The notes: a model not told the origin generated them from the letters alone. A stretch of DNA of 64,000 nt from the human T2T-CHM13v2.0 reference genome, Homo sapiens (GCF_009914755.1 NC_060926.1), one strand, 5' to 3'; shown: positions 26,663-52,330, counted from the first letter of the stretch. Numbers and translations: made by a program.

Positions 26663-28299
26663 TGATCTGCCTGCCTCAGCCTCCCAAACTGCTGGGATTA
26701 CAGGTGTGAGCTACCGCGCCCGGCCGAATCTTCATAATTTGCCTGATGTGATTACTGAGTATGACGAGATCTCATAGTCCATGCACAAAGAGAGGCTTCT
26801 AGGACCCAGAACCTTGGCTTCCACACATCTCTGTCAACGTAGAAACACATGACCTGGATCACCCTCTCCTCAACCAGAAATAGGCATTAGGAGGACTTGT
26901 CTGACCAGTCTTCAGAGGTGGGTGAGAGGGCCTTGGGGTTCATCATACAGGGCAGATAAGGAGTTCCAGGACAGGCTTGGTCCCTGCCCTCAGGGAGCTC
27001 AGCATTTGGCTGGAAAGAGAAACAGGACATAGAACTAGATGTGAGAGCAAGCACGCACCAATTGTGCAAACTCACGCTCAGGCAGCGGGGCCTGAGTATT
27101 AAAAGGGGCTTGAGGTAAAGCGAGCAACCTAGAAGTGCCCACTGCAGCCAGCCGTGTCTAGGGGAAAGTATTCAGGCAGGCCTCAGGGAGAAGAGGGTGG
27201 CAGACACATGGTATTTACTCACTCAGGTATTATTCAGCACTCCATGTCTGAATAGAGCCTAGCTTTGTGTCTGAATAACACAGGTACTGCTCTTGGCAGT
27301 GACTGCAAAGCATGACGTCCCTGCCTCGCGCTGTTCCACCTAAGATATAGTCAGTACCAACCGAGTGAGTAGTGAGGATGACGGCGAGGTGATGGGGGGG
27401 CTCTGAGGCAAATCAACAGGTTATGGGAGTGACTGGAGCTATCTGAGGCCAGGGGACAGCTCTCTTAGGCAAGATGAGGGCAGGCCAAGGATGAGAGTGA
27501 GGGGAGGACGCACTCCCTCAGGTGCTAGCCCTGCATTTACAGGGCCTCGAGAGGGAGTGCCTCCTTAAGATGTGTGCCTCAGTGGAACGTCACTTGCCTC
27601 ACCCTAGTGCAGCCGTGTTCAAGGGTATACAAGGGGAGGTCACTGAGGCATGAGGGTCTAGTTTGCTATGGTTTCCTCTTAGCCAGAAGCCTGATTTCTC
27701 TCCTGTGTCTCTGCTGTTGTGTTCTACATTGGCCCAGCCTCTGCCCCCAACCCCAGTGTTTGTTCCCAGGTTTCAGGGTGTCAGAGAAGGCCCCTGCTCA
27801 CCAGATCCCAGAGGGCCCCGCAGCAAGCCTTGCCCCTGCACAGAGAAGTCAGGCTTTGAACTGTGGGCCTAGACTCAGGGAGGTCGACTCAGTAGGCAAA
27901 TGCTCAGTTTTCCTGGCCTGGGGTGGCTATTCTGGGAGGGGGAAGGGGTGTAAGTTCAGGCTCAGATAGGAAGCTGAAAGGTGGGAGGGAAGAAACAAAA
28001 CTCACCCCAGATGGCAACTGGGTCTTGTCCCTGTGAAGCTATCACCCAGTCATCAGTGGGTTTGCCCCGAAAGGCTCCATAGAACCCTATTTCTCTCCTC
28101 ATCTGCACTGAGCTCTATTTTGTAGAATGGACCATGTCAATTTCCCAGCTTGAAGCACTTGGCATTCCTCTCCTGTGAGGCCCAGGTTTCTCTGGGCAGA
28201 CCACAGGAAGCAGGCTCAGGCCACCGCATAAGTACGGGGTCTTGAGGGTGATTTGTGTTTGGGTGGTTGGGGATCTCCTAACCCGGGCTCCACAGTGAG

Positions 28300-29560
28300 C
28301 TCTCAGGGGTGTCAAGCCCAGTCGCGCTCAAGGGCCCTCTGCACTGTCTCCTTCACCGGGACAGCAGGGTCTGAGGTCCCGCCTTTCTCGGCCTGGGGCG
28401 TGCATGGCCTGGGCTCCATTGCAAGTTTTTGGACGTCCCCTTTCTCCCCCACCCCATCTTTTCCCTGGCGATCTCACTGCCCTTTCCAGGAGCACGCTCC
28501 CGCTCTGAGTCCGGAAGGACCCCGCGGGGGTCCTGACAGCCTCCCGGGCCCAGGGTGGGGATTGTGATGGCCCCTCGGGAGCTGGGTTGAGCCGGCGGCT
28601 CCTGAGCTAATCAATGGGCTGCAGCCGGCGGAAGGGGCCCGGCGGGGGGATTAGGAGCCGAGAAGGGCAATTACCCGGGTGGGCCGCTCCCCCGCTCGCC
28701 TTCGCCGCGCTGCTCAAATGCCGCATTTCGGATGCAGCGCCGCGCTCGGCCTGTTTGCTTGCAGAGCCGGGGCCCCGGGGCAGGAAGCCAACTCGCAAGT
28801 GTATCGGAGATTAGGGCCCGCGGCGGCGGGGGCGGGCGCTGGGCAAACACGCGGCGGCCGCCTCAATCCCCAGTGCTCGATTCCGCCCGCGGCGGTGCCT
28901 GCCCGGCAGTGACTCGGTGGTGGGGGAAGGGGGCGGCCCCGGCTCCCAGCGCCCGGGTGCCCTCGACGCCCACCCCGGGGGATACTCGGGGAGGCAGGCA
29001 CCGGATGGGGAGCGACGGGTTTTTCCTTCGGGAGAGGCCACCCGGGCACGGTCTCCTTTCGCCCCATCCTCAGGCACACCTCGCCGCGCCGTCTTGAGGC
29101 CTGGTTCTAACCCTCCCGTCTCCCGCACCCCTAGTTCCCCGTCTGCCTAGTGGGTCGAGGGGAAGGGGAACCGGTTGGGGAAGGGAAGGAAAAAGACCCA
29201 AAGGCGGAGGTGTGAAGACTGGAGAGTGGCGGGGCCCCGCCCGGTGCGTACTTGGGGGTCAGTGCCCGCGACCGCAGGGCGGGGCGGCGGGCACGACACC
29301 CGGTGATGTCCAGGGAACTCGCGGACCTCAGCCGCAGGGCTGAGTCCTCAGCTGCTCCGGGAAGCGAGACTTCGGCAGGCATCCAGCAGCCCCAGGGTAC
29401 AAGACCGAGTCTTAAACCAGATCTCAGGGCCCCCAGAGGTCGGAAGGACAGCCTAGAACTCCAGAACCAGCTCCTCTCCTGGTAGCCGCACCCCCAGCTA
29501 GAGTTCCTCTGGCCCTGCCCCTGCCCTCCCGCCCCGCAAATTCCAACTCTTTCCCGTTTC
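28300..29560. promoter_or_regulatory. Orphan CpG island with clustered homeodomain and Forkhead motifs (candidate developmental enhancer)
   Basis: CpG-dense unique DNA with no credible ORF; TAATCAAT 28608, GGATTA 28648, CAATTA 28668, TGTTTGC 28752, AGATTA 28808, GCAAACA 28843. Confidence 0.7.
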
Positions 29561-30199
29561 CCAGGCGGACTGCTCATTCCTACAAACAAGACTTTGCCCT
29601 GGCTTCTCCAAATTCTGCCCACCTATCAAGGCACAGCTAGCTCCCAGCCTCTTCCTCCAGGAAGTTCTCCAGTTTTCCAGCTCAGAGGGCTGTGCGCAAA
29701 TTTAGCATCTGATTCCATCTCAGGGTCCCTCTGCGAAGGTCTTTAGCCTCCCCCCCACTTTTCTTTCAAAGAAAGGCGGTATGTTCAGTATGGGCTGGCA
29801 GGTTTGGTCTAGGATAGGATCCCTCATCCCTTAGAAAGACGTAGGGGCTTGAAAGCGCAGTAGGCTGGTCCCTGGGGCACCTGTGCCCAAGCGGGCCTCC
29901 TCTCTGGAGTGACGCAGGGACTCCCCACTCATGCCTCACTCTGGCTCCTGGGACACCCCCAACCCAGCCCCTGGGAGGCGAAGACGCTTTGTAACCAGCC
30001 CTCTTCTTGGAAGGTTATGAAGTCCTATGCTATTGGTGCTTCTGAACTGACCAAGCCACTTCCCCGCTCTACGCCTTCTCTTCTTCACCCTCCCCTAAGT
30101 TCCGTAGTGAGCTGCTGGGACTTCCAGAAGTGACCGGCTCTTCCTCCTGGGAGGAGGGGCGGGGAATGTTTGTTTCTTCCCCACAGTTAGGAAGCAGTG

Positions 30200-30670
30200 A
30201 CTCCACCAGCCCGAGCGCAGCGGTAGTCAGCGCTCGACAGTGTCCCCGTTCCCCACCACCACCCATCCTTTACCGCCCCCGGGGCACAGCGCCCTTCCCC
30301 CTCTCCCCCGTTCCAGCTTCATTTCCCGTAGCTTCGAAGCTCCTAAGGAGTTAGGATCATCTTGGCGTACAGATCCCTTCGAAGCACTGATCCCTCCGCT
30401 CCTTCCCGGCACAGCCCCTTCCCGGCACGGCCCTTTCCCGCGCGATCTCCCGCTCTAGAGACCCGCGGGATGCGTCCCCGCCCGCTGCCGGGAGGTGGGG
30501 CGCCAGCATTGTACAGTCTGCGCGCGCCCCCTGCTGCTCGCCGCGAGAAATGACGGCCTACGTCCGCCGGGCCCTTCAGCTCCTCGGTTCCGGGCGCCCC
30601 CCACCGTTCACATCCCCGCGCGTTCTCGCGTCCTCGCTGGGACTGCGCCCAGGAGCCGCAGGCACTTACA
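30200..30670. promoter_or_regulatory. Second CpG-rich segment with CTCF-like motif
   Basis: CpG-dense; GCGCCCCCTGCTGC at 30524-30537 (reverse complement GCAGCAGGGGGCGC). Confidence 0.6.
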
Positions 30671-31809
30671 AAACAAATTGCTGCCTCCATCACTGGGCTC
30701 AGTACCACCTGACACTATCACCCCACTTTTCAGGGGACCTCAGTGACGTTCCTGCATCAAGCAGCAGGACTGGAGCCCAGGTTTCCCAAAAGGAAGTCCA
30801 GACTTTTACAAACCATTAATGAAGGGCTTAAATTCTCCAGGGCACTGTACCCCTCGTACAGCTCTGTGGAGACTGAGAAAATGGGGTTCTGGCACCCAGG
30901 AACCTGGACCCCCAAAACAGGCACAGGCCTAGCTCTGTGCTGGGCAGTGCTGTGAGTCACCTGTTCTGCCCCTGGGTGGAGTATACCCAGGCAGTAGGCA
31001 CTGACAGGTTCCATCCCAGCACCAAACCCAGGAATGTCCCGGTCAACTGCGGAGCACCAACCCCAGCAGTTCCAGAAGCATCCCTTCCTCCAGGGCTGCG
31101 GCTGTAAGAGGGGAGCTGAGGCAGTGCGTTCGCTGGGGAAGGAGGGACAATGCAAGGTCAGGGCCAGAGGAGCCTGGAGGGATGAGAGGGTGCCCCCCCC
31201 CTTCTGCCACTTACTAGCTGCGTGACCTGGACTAGTTGTGTTACCCCTGTTTCTGAGCCTTGTGTTCCTTATAAAGATTGGTGATTTTTCGGCGGGGTCG
31301 GTGGCTCCTGCCCGTAATCGTAGCACGTTGGAAAGCCGAGGAGGGCTGACTGCTTGAGCCCAGGAGTTTGAGAACAGCCTGGGCAACATGGCGAAACCCT
31401 GTCTCTCCAAAAAAAAAAAAAAAAAAAAAAACAATTAGCCCGGCATGGTGATGCGTCTTGTAGTCACAGGTACTAGGGAGGCTGAGGTGGGAGAATCGCT
31501 TGGGAGGCTAAGGGAGTATGGCTTGACTAGGAGGTCAAGGCTGCAGTGAGCCATGTGATCACACTACTGCACTCCAGCCTGGGTTGACAGTGAGACTCTG
31601 TCTCAAAAAAAAAAAAAAAAAAGGGGGGGGGGGTGTTGTGATTTTCATAGGTTGTGGAGAGGATTAAGGGCTACAATTTTGCAATATCTAGCATATAGCA
31701 GATGCTCCATTAGCGGTCTCTGAAGCAGCCCTTACCTCCTTCAGGGATCTCCAATCAACTCCCAGAACTGCCTGAGTGTGGCGGTCAGCCCAGAGCAGCA
31801 GGTGCTATC

Positions 31810-33130
<1,321 letters not shown>

Positions 33131-33386
33131 CAAGAGAAGGGCTTACTAGGAGAGGAGGAGGAAATAGGGGGAAAGAGAAAAAGCCAGAATGAAGAGTGGG
33201 GTCTAGTGTGGACCTCTGATGGCAATGCCCACAAAAGAGCAGGAGAGAATATCTCAGCCCTCTGCTTCTGAGATCCAAAATTTAAAAAAAAAATCGTTTA
33301 AAAATAGGGGATGGGCACGGTGGTTCATGCCTGTAATCCCAGCACTTTGGGAGGCTGAGGTGGACGGATCACTTGAGACCAGCCTA

Positions 33387-33631
<245 letters not shown>

Positions 33632-33722
33632 CTAAATATAAGATTTGGAGGTAGGCAGGTAGGTAGAGGAGCTTGCCAGAGTGCAGGTATTTATGTTTGC
33701 TTAGAAAAGCTACAAGTTTTTC

Positions 33723-35265
33723 ACTTCACAGTTCATATGGAACCAAAAAAGAGCCCACATTGCCAAGATAATCCTAAGCCAAAAGAACAAAGCTGGAGGC
33801 ATCACACTACCTGACTTCAAACTATACTACAAGGCTACAGTAACCAAAAGAGCATGGTGCTGGTACCAAAACAGAGATGTAGACCAATGGAACAGAACAG
33901 AGCCCTCAGAAATAATACCACACATCTACAACCATCTGATCTTTGACAAACCTGACAAAAACAAGAAATGGGGAAAGGATTCCCTATTTAATAAACGATG
34001 CTGGGAAAACTGCCTAGCCATATGTAGAAAGCTAAAACTGGATCCCTTCCTTACACCTTATACAAAAATTAATTCAAGATGGATTAAAGACTTAAATGTT
34101 AGACCTAAAACCATAAAAACCCTAGAAGAAAACCTAGGCAATACCATTCAGGACATAGGCATGGGCAACTTCATGTCTAAAACACCAAAAGCAATGGCAA
34201 CAAAAGCCAAAATTGACAAATGGGATCTCATTAAACTAAAGAGCTTCTGCACAGCAAAAGAAACGACCATCAGAGTGAACAGGCAATCTACAGAATGGGA
34301 GAAAATTTTTGCAATCTACCCATTGGACAAAGGGCTAATATCCAGAATCTACAAAGAACTTAAACAAATTTACAAGAAAAAATCAAACAATCCCATCAAA
34401 AAGTGGGCGAAGGATACGAACAGATACTTCTCAAAAGAAGACATTTATGCAGCCAACAGACACATGAAACAATGCTCATCATCACTGGCCATCAAAGGAA
34501 TGCAAATCAAAACCACAATGAGATACCATCTCACACCAGTTAGAATGGCAATCATTAAAAAGTCAGGAAACAAGGGGTGCTGGAGAGGATGTGGAGAAAC
34601 AGGAACACTTTTACACTGTTGGTGGGACTGTAAACTAGTTCAACCATTGTGGAAGACAGTGTGGTGATTCCTCAAGGATCTAGAACTAGAAATACCATTT
34701 GACCCAGCCATCCCATTACTGGGTATATACCCAAAGGATTATAAATCATGCTGCTATAAAGACACATGCACACGTATGTTTATTGCGGCACTGTTCACAA
34801 TAGAAAAGACTTGGAACCAACCCAAATGTCCATCAGTGATAGACTGGATTAAGAAAATGTGGCACATATACACCATGGAATACTATGCAGCCATAAAAAA
34901 GGATGAGTTCATGTCCTTTGTAGGGACATGGATGAAGCTGGAAACCATCATTCTCAGCAAACTGTCACAAGGACAGAAAACCAAACACCACATGTTCTCA
35001 CTCATAGGTGGGAATTGAACAATGAGAACACTTGGACACAGGAAGGGGAACATCACACACTGGGGCCTGTTGTGGGGTGGGAGGAGCGGGGAGGGATAGC
35101 ATTAGGAGATATACCTAATGTAAATGACGAGTTAATGGGTGCAGCACGCCAACATGGCACATGTATACATATGTAACAAACCTGCACGTTGTGCACATGT
35201 ACCCTAGAACTTAAAGTATACATATAAAAAAAGTCTAGCACATACAATTATTTAAAAAAAAAAAA
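33723..35265 (+). mobile_element. 5'-truncated L1PA (probably L1PA4/5-age): ORF2 C-terminal part, 3' UTR and poly(A)
   Basis: ORF2 peptides ([24 protein letters not shown]; HMFSLIGGN*), premature TGA at 34665-34667 (CpG decay), G-rich L1 3' UTR, TSD AAAAGCTACAAGTTTT at 33705-33720 and 35262-35277. Confidence 0.95.
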
Positions 35266-35404
35266 GCTACAAGTTTTGGCCAGGTGCGGTAGCTCAAGTT
35301 CATGCCTGTAGCCCCAGAACTTTGGGAGGCTAAGATGGGCAGATCACTTAAGCCCAAGAGTTTGAGACCAGCCTGGGCAACATGGCAAAACCCTGTCTCT
35401 ACTA

Positions 35405-36420
<1,016 letters not shown>

Positions 36421-36659
36421 TTAATCCTAGACCAGAATCCCAGGCTGGTGATGGCTAACCTGGCTCCTTGAAAGGAACATCTGGCCAAAGATGCAGACAC
36501 TAAACTGATGAGCTGCTTGCTGCCCAGCTCACGTCCCCTCCCTGATTCCCACACGTATGTGTACGTGAGCCCTTGCTCCACAACTGTGTCTTTATTACCT
36601 CCTTTAGACTCCACTCAATCCAGTGAAGTGGGCTGTATCAGGTGAAGCTAATATCAGCT

Positions 36660-38340
<1,681 letters not shown>

Positions 38341-38535
38341 TCACAGGGTGAATGCACACAAGCCTGATGTAATCCTATGTCTGCCTGACTCAAGACCTTC
38401 CTTCCTTGGCTTCTTCAAGTTGCCTGCTCCAAGGAAAAGGCAGAGCAAGAGTGGTAGTCCTATCCCTGCATTTCTCTGTCTTCAATGAGGTCAGCATATT
38501 TTGGGAAATTTACACATTCAAACACTGAATTATAG

Positions 38536-38862
<327 letters not shown>

Positions 38863-39049
38863 TAGTTCTTGACTCTATTGCACTTTGTGGACTGTCTTCG
38901 TCTTCACAGATCTGAAGATTTAGTGAACAAGTATTATCGTTTACTAAGAGACTGGAATTTGGCCTATAGTTTGAGATTCCCAAGCCATTGACCTGCCAGG
39001 GCCTCTTCTCAGGGTTCTCCCATTCTATAAAAGTCATACCACGCAATTT

Positions 39050-39765
39050 GTTTTAGTTATCTACTGTTCTGTAAAAACCACTCCAAAGCTTTGTGGTTGA
39101 AAACAACAACTATTTTATTCACAATTCTGGGGGTCAGGAATTTGGGCGGGGCTCAGCTGGGATGTTCTTCTGCTTCATGTGGTATCAGCTGGGATATCTT
39201 ATAAGGCTGCAATCAGGGCCAGCTTCACAGGCAAGCAACCTGTGTAGTTGTAGAGGGCCCCACACTCAGAGGGACCCTGCAGTTAGTTTAATGCTCTGCT
39301 GTTGCCATCTTAAATTTCAAAATAATTTTTGAGCAATGGATCTTGCATTTCCATTGTGCATTGGGCTCTGCAAATTATGTAGCTGGTATTGGTTAGAATC
39401 AGATGGTGGCTGGGGCTGGAATATCCAGGATAGCTTCATTCACTAGTCTAGGGTCTTGGTAGAGTTGGGTGGGAGGCTGGGACCTCTCTGTCTCTCTCTG
39501 CATGACTAGCTTAGGCTTCTTCACATGGCAGCTGGATCTCAAGAGTGAAAATCCCAAGCAGTGAGGGAAAGCTTCAGGTCATAAGGGCCAGCCTCAGAAG
39601 TTACACTGCATCACTCTCTCCACATTCTATTAACCAAAACAAGCCACAGGGCTGGCCCAGATTCAAGAAAAGGGGTTGGGGAAATGGCAAGGTCATTTTG
39701 TAACAGAGCATGTGGAAAGGAAGATTTTATTGCAGCCATCTTTGGAAACACACCCTACCACACAA
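39050..39765. mobile_element. MLT1 (MaLR) LTR interrupted by a MER91A-like MITE (about 39215-39390)
   Basis: MLT1 motifs ggtcaggaatttgggcggggctcagctgg, cacattctatt...caagccacagggctggcccagattcaag, gcagccatctttggaaa. Confidence 0.7.
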
Positions 39766-40324
39766 TGTTTATGTCCTACCTTCCCTGCAGGCCTAAGTTC
39801 CCAAAAGGACTAGGGAAAGATATGCCTGCTACTTTTTATTATTATTATTTTATTTTTTAGAGTCAGGCTCTCAATATGTTGCCCAGGCTGGAGTGCAGTT
39901 GCTATTCACAGGTACGATTATAGCATACTGTGGCCTTGAACCCCTAGGCTCAAGAGATCTTCCCACCTCAGCCTCTCAAGTAGCTGGGACTATAGGCAGG
40001 TGCCACCATGCCCTGCCAAGCATCTACTACTTTTGCTCCCCGCTCTTTGCCCCATTCTGCCACACTCCCCAACTGGAGTTAGTTGAATTGGTTTGTTTCA
40101 AGGCAGGGTCAGGGATCTGTTTTGTCCACTTAGACCTGAAGAAGGCCTAGAAGACCAGCCTTGGCCAAAGAGGCTATGAGGTCTGTTGATCACTTCATCA
40201 AATAGGGTGGAGGGAAAGGGTGGGCTAGGTGAACAGGTGCAGGAAACTTGGAGAGATGGCTCTGTCCCTTTCCCTCTGTGCAGCAAGGACAAATGGAATG
40301 AGGAGTCCAAGGCAGGACAGAGTC

Positions 40325-40620
40325 TTGCTACCTGACAAGTGGTCCCTGGACCAGGAGCACAAACATCCCCTGGGAGTGTTAGAATCCAGAACCTAACGCC
40401 CTACCCCAGACCTCCCAGGTCAGCAGCTACAACTGAACTAGACCCTCTGGGGATCTGTGCTCACATTAAGGTTTGAGGAGCTGGCAGCCTCTAGAGCAGT
40501 GGTTCTCAGCCTTGGCTGCACAGTGGAATCACCTAGGAAGCTTTTCCAGCTTCCAACACCCAGCCACACCCTAGACCAACAAGTCAGAATCTCAGAGGTG
40601 GACGCCAGCATTAGGATAAT
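40325..40620. mobile_element. Two adjacent MER5-type hAT elements
   Basis: gtggtccctggaccag...atcccctgggag and cagtggttctcagccttggctgcacagtggaatcacct. Confidence 0.65.
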
Positions 40621-41349
40621 TTGTTCCTCAGTAAGGAGTTCCCTTGGTGAGTGGGAAAGCCAAACTCAAACCCTTCCTGACTCAGGACTCCTCATGGGAC
40701 TAGCCCCCACGTGGTTCCTCTCCAGAAAAGAGGAAGTCAGGTCTGAGCCCCTTGCCATCTTATGCAGCTTCCAGTGGGGTCCATCCCTTTACTCTCCTCT
40801 TCAGGAGCTTGTATTCACAGGTTCTAAAGATGGGATGGAGAGGAAAAAAAGGAGCTTATAGATATTGACTTTCCCTGGATTATGGGGACTCTGAGTTCAG
40901 CCCATAATCCCCCTTCCCACACTAATGCCTATGTTTGAAGCCAGGACTCCAAGGGGCAGCTCTCCCTGCAAGTGTGAACAGCAAACAAATCCATCTGGAC
41001 ACAAACTTCCTAACAGGAACCTCAGTTTGGTGCTGAACAAACAGCCAGCCAGAGCCCCCATCCCACTCTTAGACCCCCAGTGGTGGCAAGGTCCAGCCTC
41101 TGTTCTTGGCCGGAATAATGAGGTTTCCCAGGACTTCCAGTGCCCTCCGCCACCTATTTTCTCCCAACCTGCCCTCCTCCTGGACTCAACCTCTCTAGCC
41201 TTAGTAGTGAGTGGCAAAGGCTCAGTGACAACTTTAGAAACCCACTTGTGGAAGAGCTCTAAAAAGCTCACCAGGGGAGGAGGGAAGGTCTGAGCTGAGC
41301 TTATGGCAAGATTGTCCTCTTCCCCTGCCCAACACTATCTACCTGCAAG

Positions 41350-41400
41350 ACACAGACACACACACACCACCACCACCACCACCACCACAACCACCACCGC
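41350..41400. repeat. (CA)n-(CAC)n simple repeat
   Basis: Direct reading. Confidence 0.9.
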
Positions 41401-42170
41401 CTGTTTTTCCTGAGCACAGAAACTTATTTCTAGGTGGTTCTTGCATCCTCTCCCCTCTCTGACTCCATCTATTTATGGCACTTGGAGAGGTCACACACAC
41501 AACACAACCCAACTCTCTTTGTGTCTGTCCATTTCAACAATGCCCCTCAGATCAGGTTCAAATGGTGAAAATGCTGAAAAAGGAGCTAAGGTGTAAGATA
41601 GGTGGTGATTTTTAAAGAAGAACTCATACCTTTGTTTGCCTCTCCTATGGGTATTGGAAGTTTGGTCAGTTATGAGTAGTTAAAATTAATTGGCCCCCAC
41701 TGGGTGCAGTGCTGTAATCCCAGCACTTTGGTAGGCTGAGGAGAGCAGATCATTTGAGGTCCCAGGTTCAAGACCAGCCTGGCCAACATGGCGAAACTCT
41801 GCCCCTACTAAAAATACAAAAATTAGCTGGGCTTGGTGGCGGCACCTGTAATCCCAGCTACTCAGGAGGCTGAGGCAGGAGAATCGCTTGAACCTGCGAC
41901 GTGGAGGTTACAGCAAGCCAGGATGGTGCCATTGTACTCCAGCCTGGGCGACAAAGCAAGATTCTGTTTCAAAAAGAAAGAAAGACAGAAAGAAAAAAAA
42001 AGGGCCCTTAAAAGGATTCTGTCTCTCTCTCTCACTCACTCACTCTCCTTCTATAACTCCATCTCCTGCTTACCCACAAAAGAAAAAAAATCCTCCCTCC
42101 TCTCTAAGGGCTATGAGCACAGAAGAAAAATCAATTCAATTCCATTTCAACCATTAAATAAACACTCTCA

Positions 42171-42576
<406 letters not shown>

Positions 42577-43043
42577 TGGGTTTGAATTCTGGCAGGTCAC
42601 TAGTTGTAAAAGAAATCACATTACTGCCCAAGATCCAGTTTCCTCATCTGTAAAATGGGGATAACAGTATGATTGTGGGAATCAAAAAGAATGCACAGGT
42701 GTGCCCCTTGCAATGTGCTTATGCTATAACAGGGGTTCACTGGAGGACCATCCCTCTTTCTTTTCCCTTTTTTCAGAAACTAGAATGATAGGGGAGAGAG
42801 AGAATTCAACTCAACCAATATGTGCTAAGCACCGTGGAAGGTGTGACTAGCGGATAAAAAGATGAATACGGCACTGAAGTGGGTCTTGGGTTGTCACAGG
42901 GGTGTGCAGAGTGAGCTGGAAGTTCACAGTCCTGAACTGAGTTTTCTCTTGGGCAAGTCACTCCACACTTAGTGGGTCTTCAATGTCTTCCCTTTTCAGT
43001 ACAAGAAAGGGCTGTCAGGGCAGGCACACAGTGGCTCATATCA

Positions 43044-43913
<870 letters not shown>

Positions 43914-44211
43914 CTAAAGTCCCAACCAGCTGTATAAAGTGCTCCAAGTGAATAGAAAACATACTTATCTCACTGCACAAGGGTTATTTGCCCTGGCTGT
44001 CAACCTTCCTCTCTGACTAATCCTTCTTCTTCTGTCCTTGCTGTCCCTAAACATAGCAGTCCCCAAGGGATCCATACAAGCCCCTTTCTCTTTTACTACA
44101 GCATTTTCTCTCCGTGTGATCTCACCCACTCTCATCCCTTGATAGACTTCCCTCTCTTCAGATGCCTCTGCAGAGGAAAGTGTCCTCCACAGAGCCCTCC
44201 TGGACCTATGA

Positions 44212-44581
<370 letters not shown>

Positions 44582-44774
44582 TAGAATCCATCCCTTTGGT
44601 TTGGCAGTTGCATTAGCTAGTTGTGGATGAGTCTCTCTGTCCCCTCCCTCCACCCTCACCGTAAGACTCTGAGCTCCCATTGGGCAGGAATTGTATATTT
44701 CATTGCACTTTGTACCCCTCATAAAACCCAACACAGAATAGGCCTCAAACAAGTAAATGTTTGTCGACTTCAGT

Positions 44775-44935
44775 CTAATTGAAGGGCATAGAATTTCAGA
44801 GAAAATCTTAAAGGCAGCATACATAAGAAAAAGTTAGGAAACACTAGGTAACTGCAAAGTGCAATGTGTTAGCTGTGCATTCCAGGGAGGGAGGAACAAA
44901 CAACCAACCTTGTTTGCTCTTGGCCTGTCAGGTGC
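44775..44935. promoter_or_regulatory. Candidate node/notochord enhancer core
   Basis: TAATTG about 44776, TEAD CATTCCA 44878-44884, Fox AACAAACA 44895-44902 and TGTTTGC 44911-44917. Confidence 0.4.
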
Positions 44936-45829
44936 AGGGGAAGCAGGAGGGGCAGGGGAGGGGAGAGCAGGTGTGGGCTGGAGCTGAGACAGCCCAGGCA
45001 GGGGGTAGGGGGAGGTGGTATGGGGCCTCCCCAAGGCAGCTCTGGGGCCCTCTGACCCTGCAAGCTGGGCTTGACTTAGGGCACGTTGCATGGCAGCCCT
45101 CCATCCAGGTCCAACAAACTCCATCATCACCATTTAGCACCTTTCTTCTGCATGAAAAAGCTTCCCTTTGGAAAGACAAGGAAGAAGAAAAGAGAGAGAA
45201 AGAGAAAGGAAGGAATAGAGGGAAGGACAAAGAGAGGGGAGGGAAAAGAGAGAGAGAGAAAGAAAGAAAGAGAGATGAAGACCCTGCAAAAGGAGAGTGA
45301 AAAAGGAGAAAAGGGACAAGGATTCACAGGGTGTTGGGAAAGGGCAGCAAAGGGGCTTCCTAACACATCTTCCCCAGTGACTCTGAGATCTCAACCAGTG
45401 CTCAAAACGTTCTTCTTCCCTCAATCCAGAGAAGGAAACTCATTCTCTACTTAAGTGAGATAACCCAAGTGCAAAGCTTAAGTGATCTGTAAATATTACC
45501 CATTATTATTATTACCATTTTTCCCTCCTTCTCCTCCTTGCTACCCAGCTCACTTGCATATTAATGGGTTTAGACAAAAAAAAGGAAGGAAAATCCTTTA
45601 GTGGGGAAAGAGGGTTGGGAAGTGGGGAAGAATTTGGCTGGAGGACAGCTCGAGAGCTCCTGGACAAATTTATTTGTTCTTTTTAAATATTTTTATTTTA
45701 GTTTGGCCAACTGAGTCCCTGGCATGGACTAGGCCCTGAGGATACAGCAGGTCACAAGGGCCATGTGAATTTTTACAGTGTCTTAGAAATCAATAAGGTA
45801 ATATCAATTACAATTTAAAAATATAAACT

Positions 45830-48528
<2,699 letters not shown>

Positions 48529-48589
48529 TGATCTGCCCACCTTGGCCTCCCAAAGTGCTGGGATAACCGCGCCTGGCCGGTTAAACCTT

Positions 48590-52330
<3,741 letters not shown>

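Noticed and set aside
28300-30700. Possible relic of a second tandem Not paralog (birds have two) at the orphan CpG island
   Set aside because: No eh1 or WFQNRR-like remnants seen in any frame by eye; tBLASTn with chicken Not proteins would be needed to revive the idea
30757-31434. 225-aa minus-strand ORF
   Set aside because: Begins in an Alu poly(T), crosses a MIR, no domain similarity or exon signals
34161-35018. ORFs with clear protein-like sequence
   Set aside because: Fragments of L1 ORF2 in a truncated element with a premature stop; not a host gene
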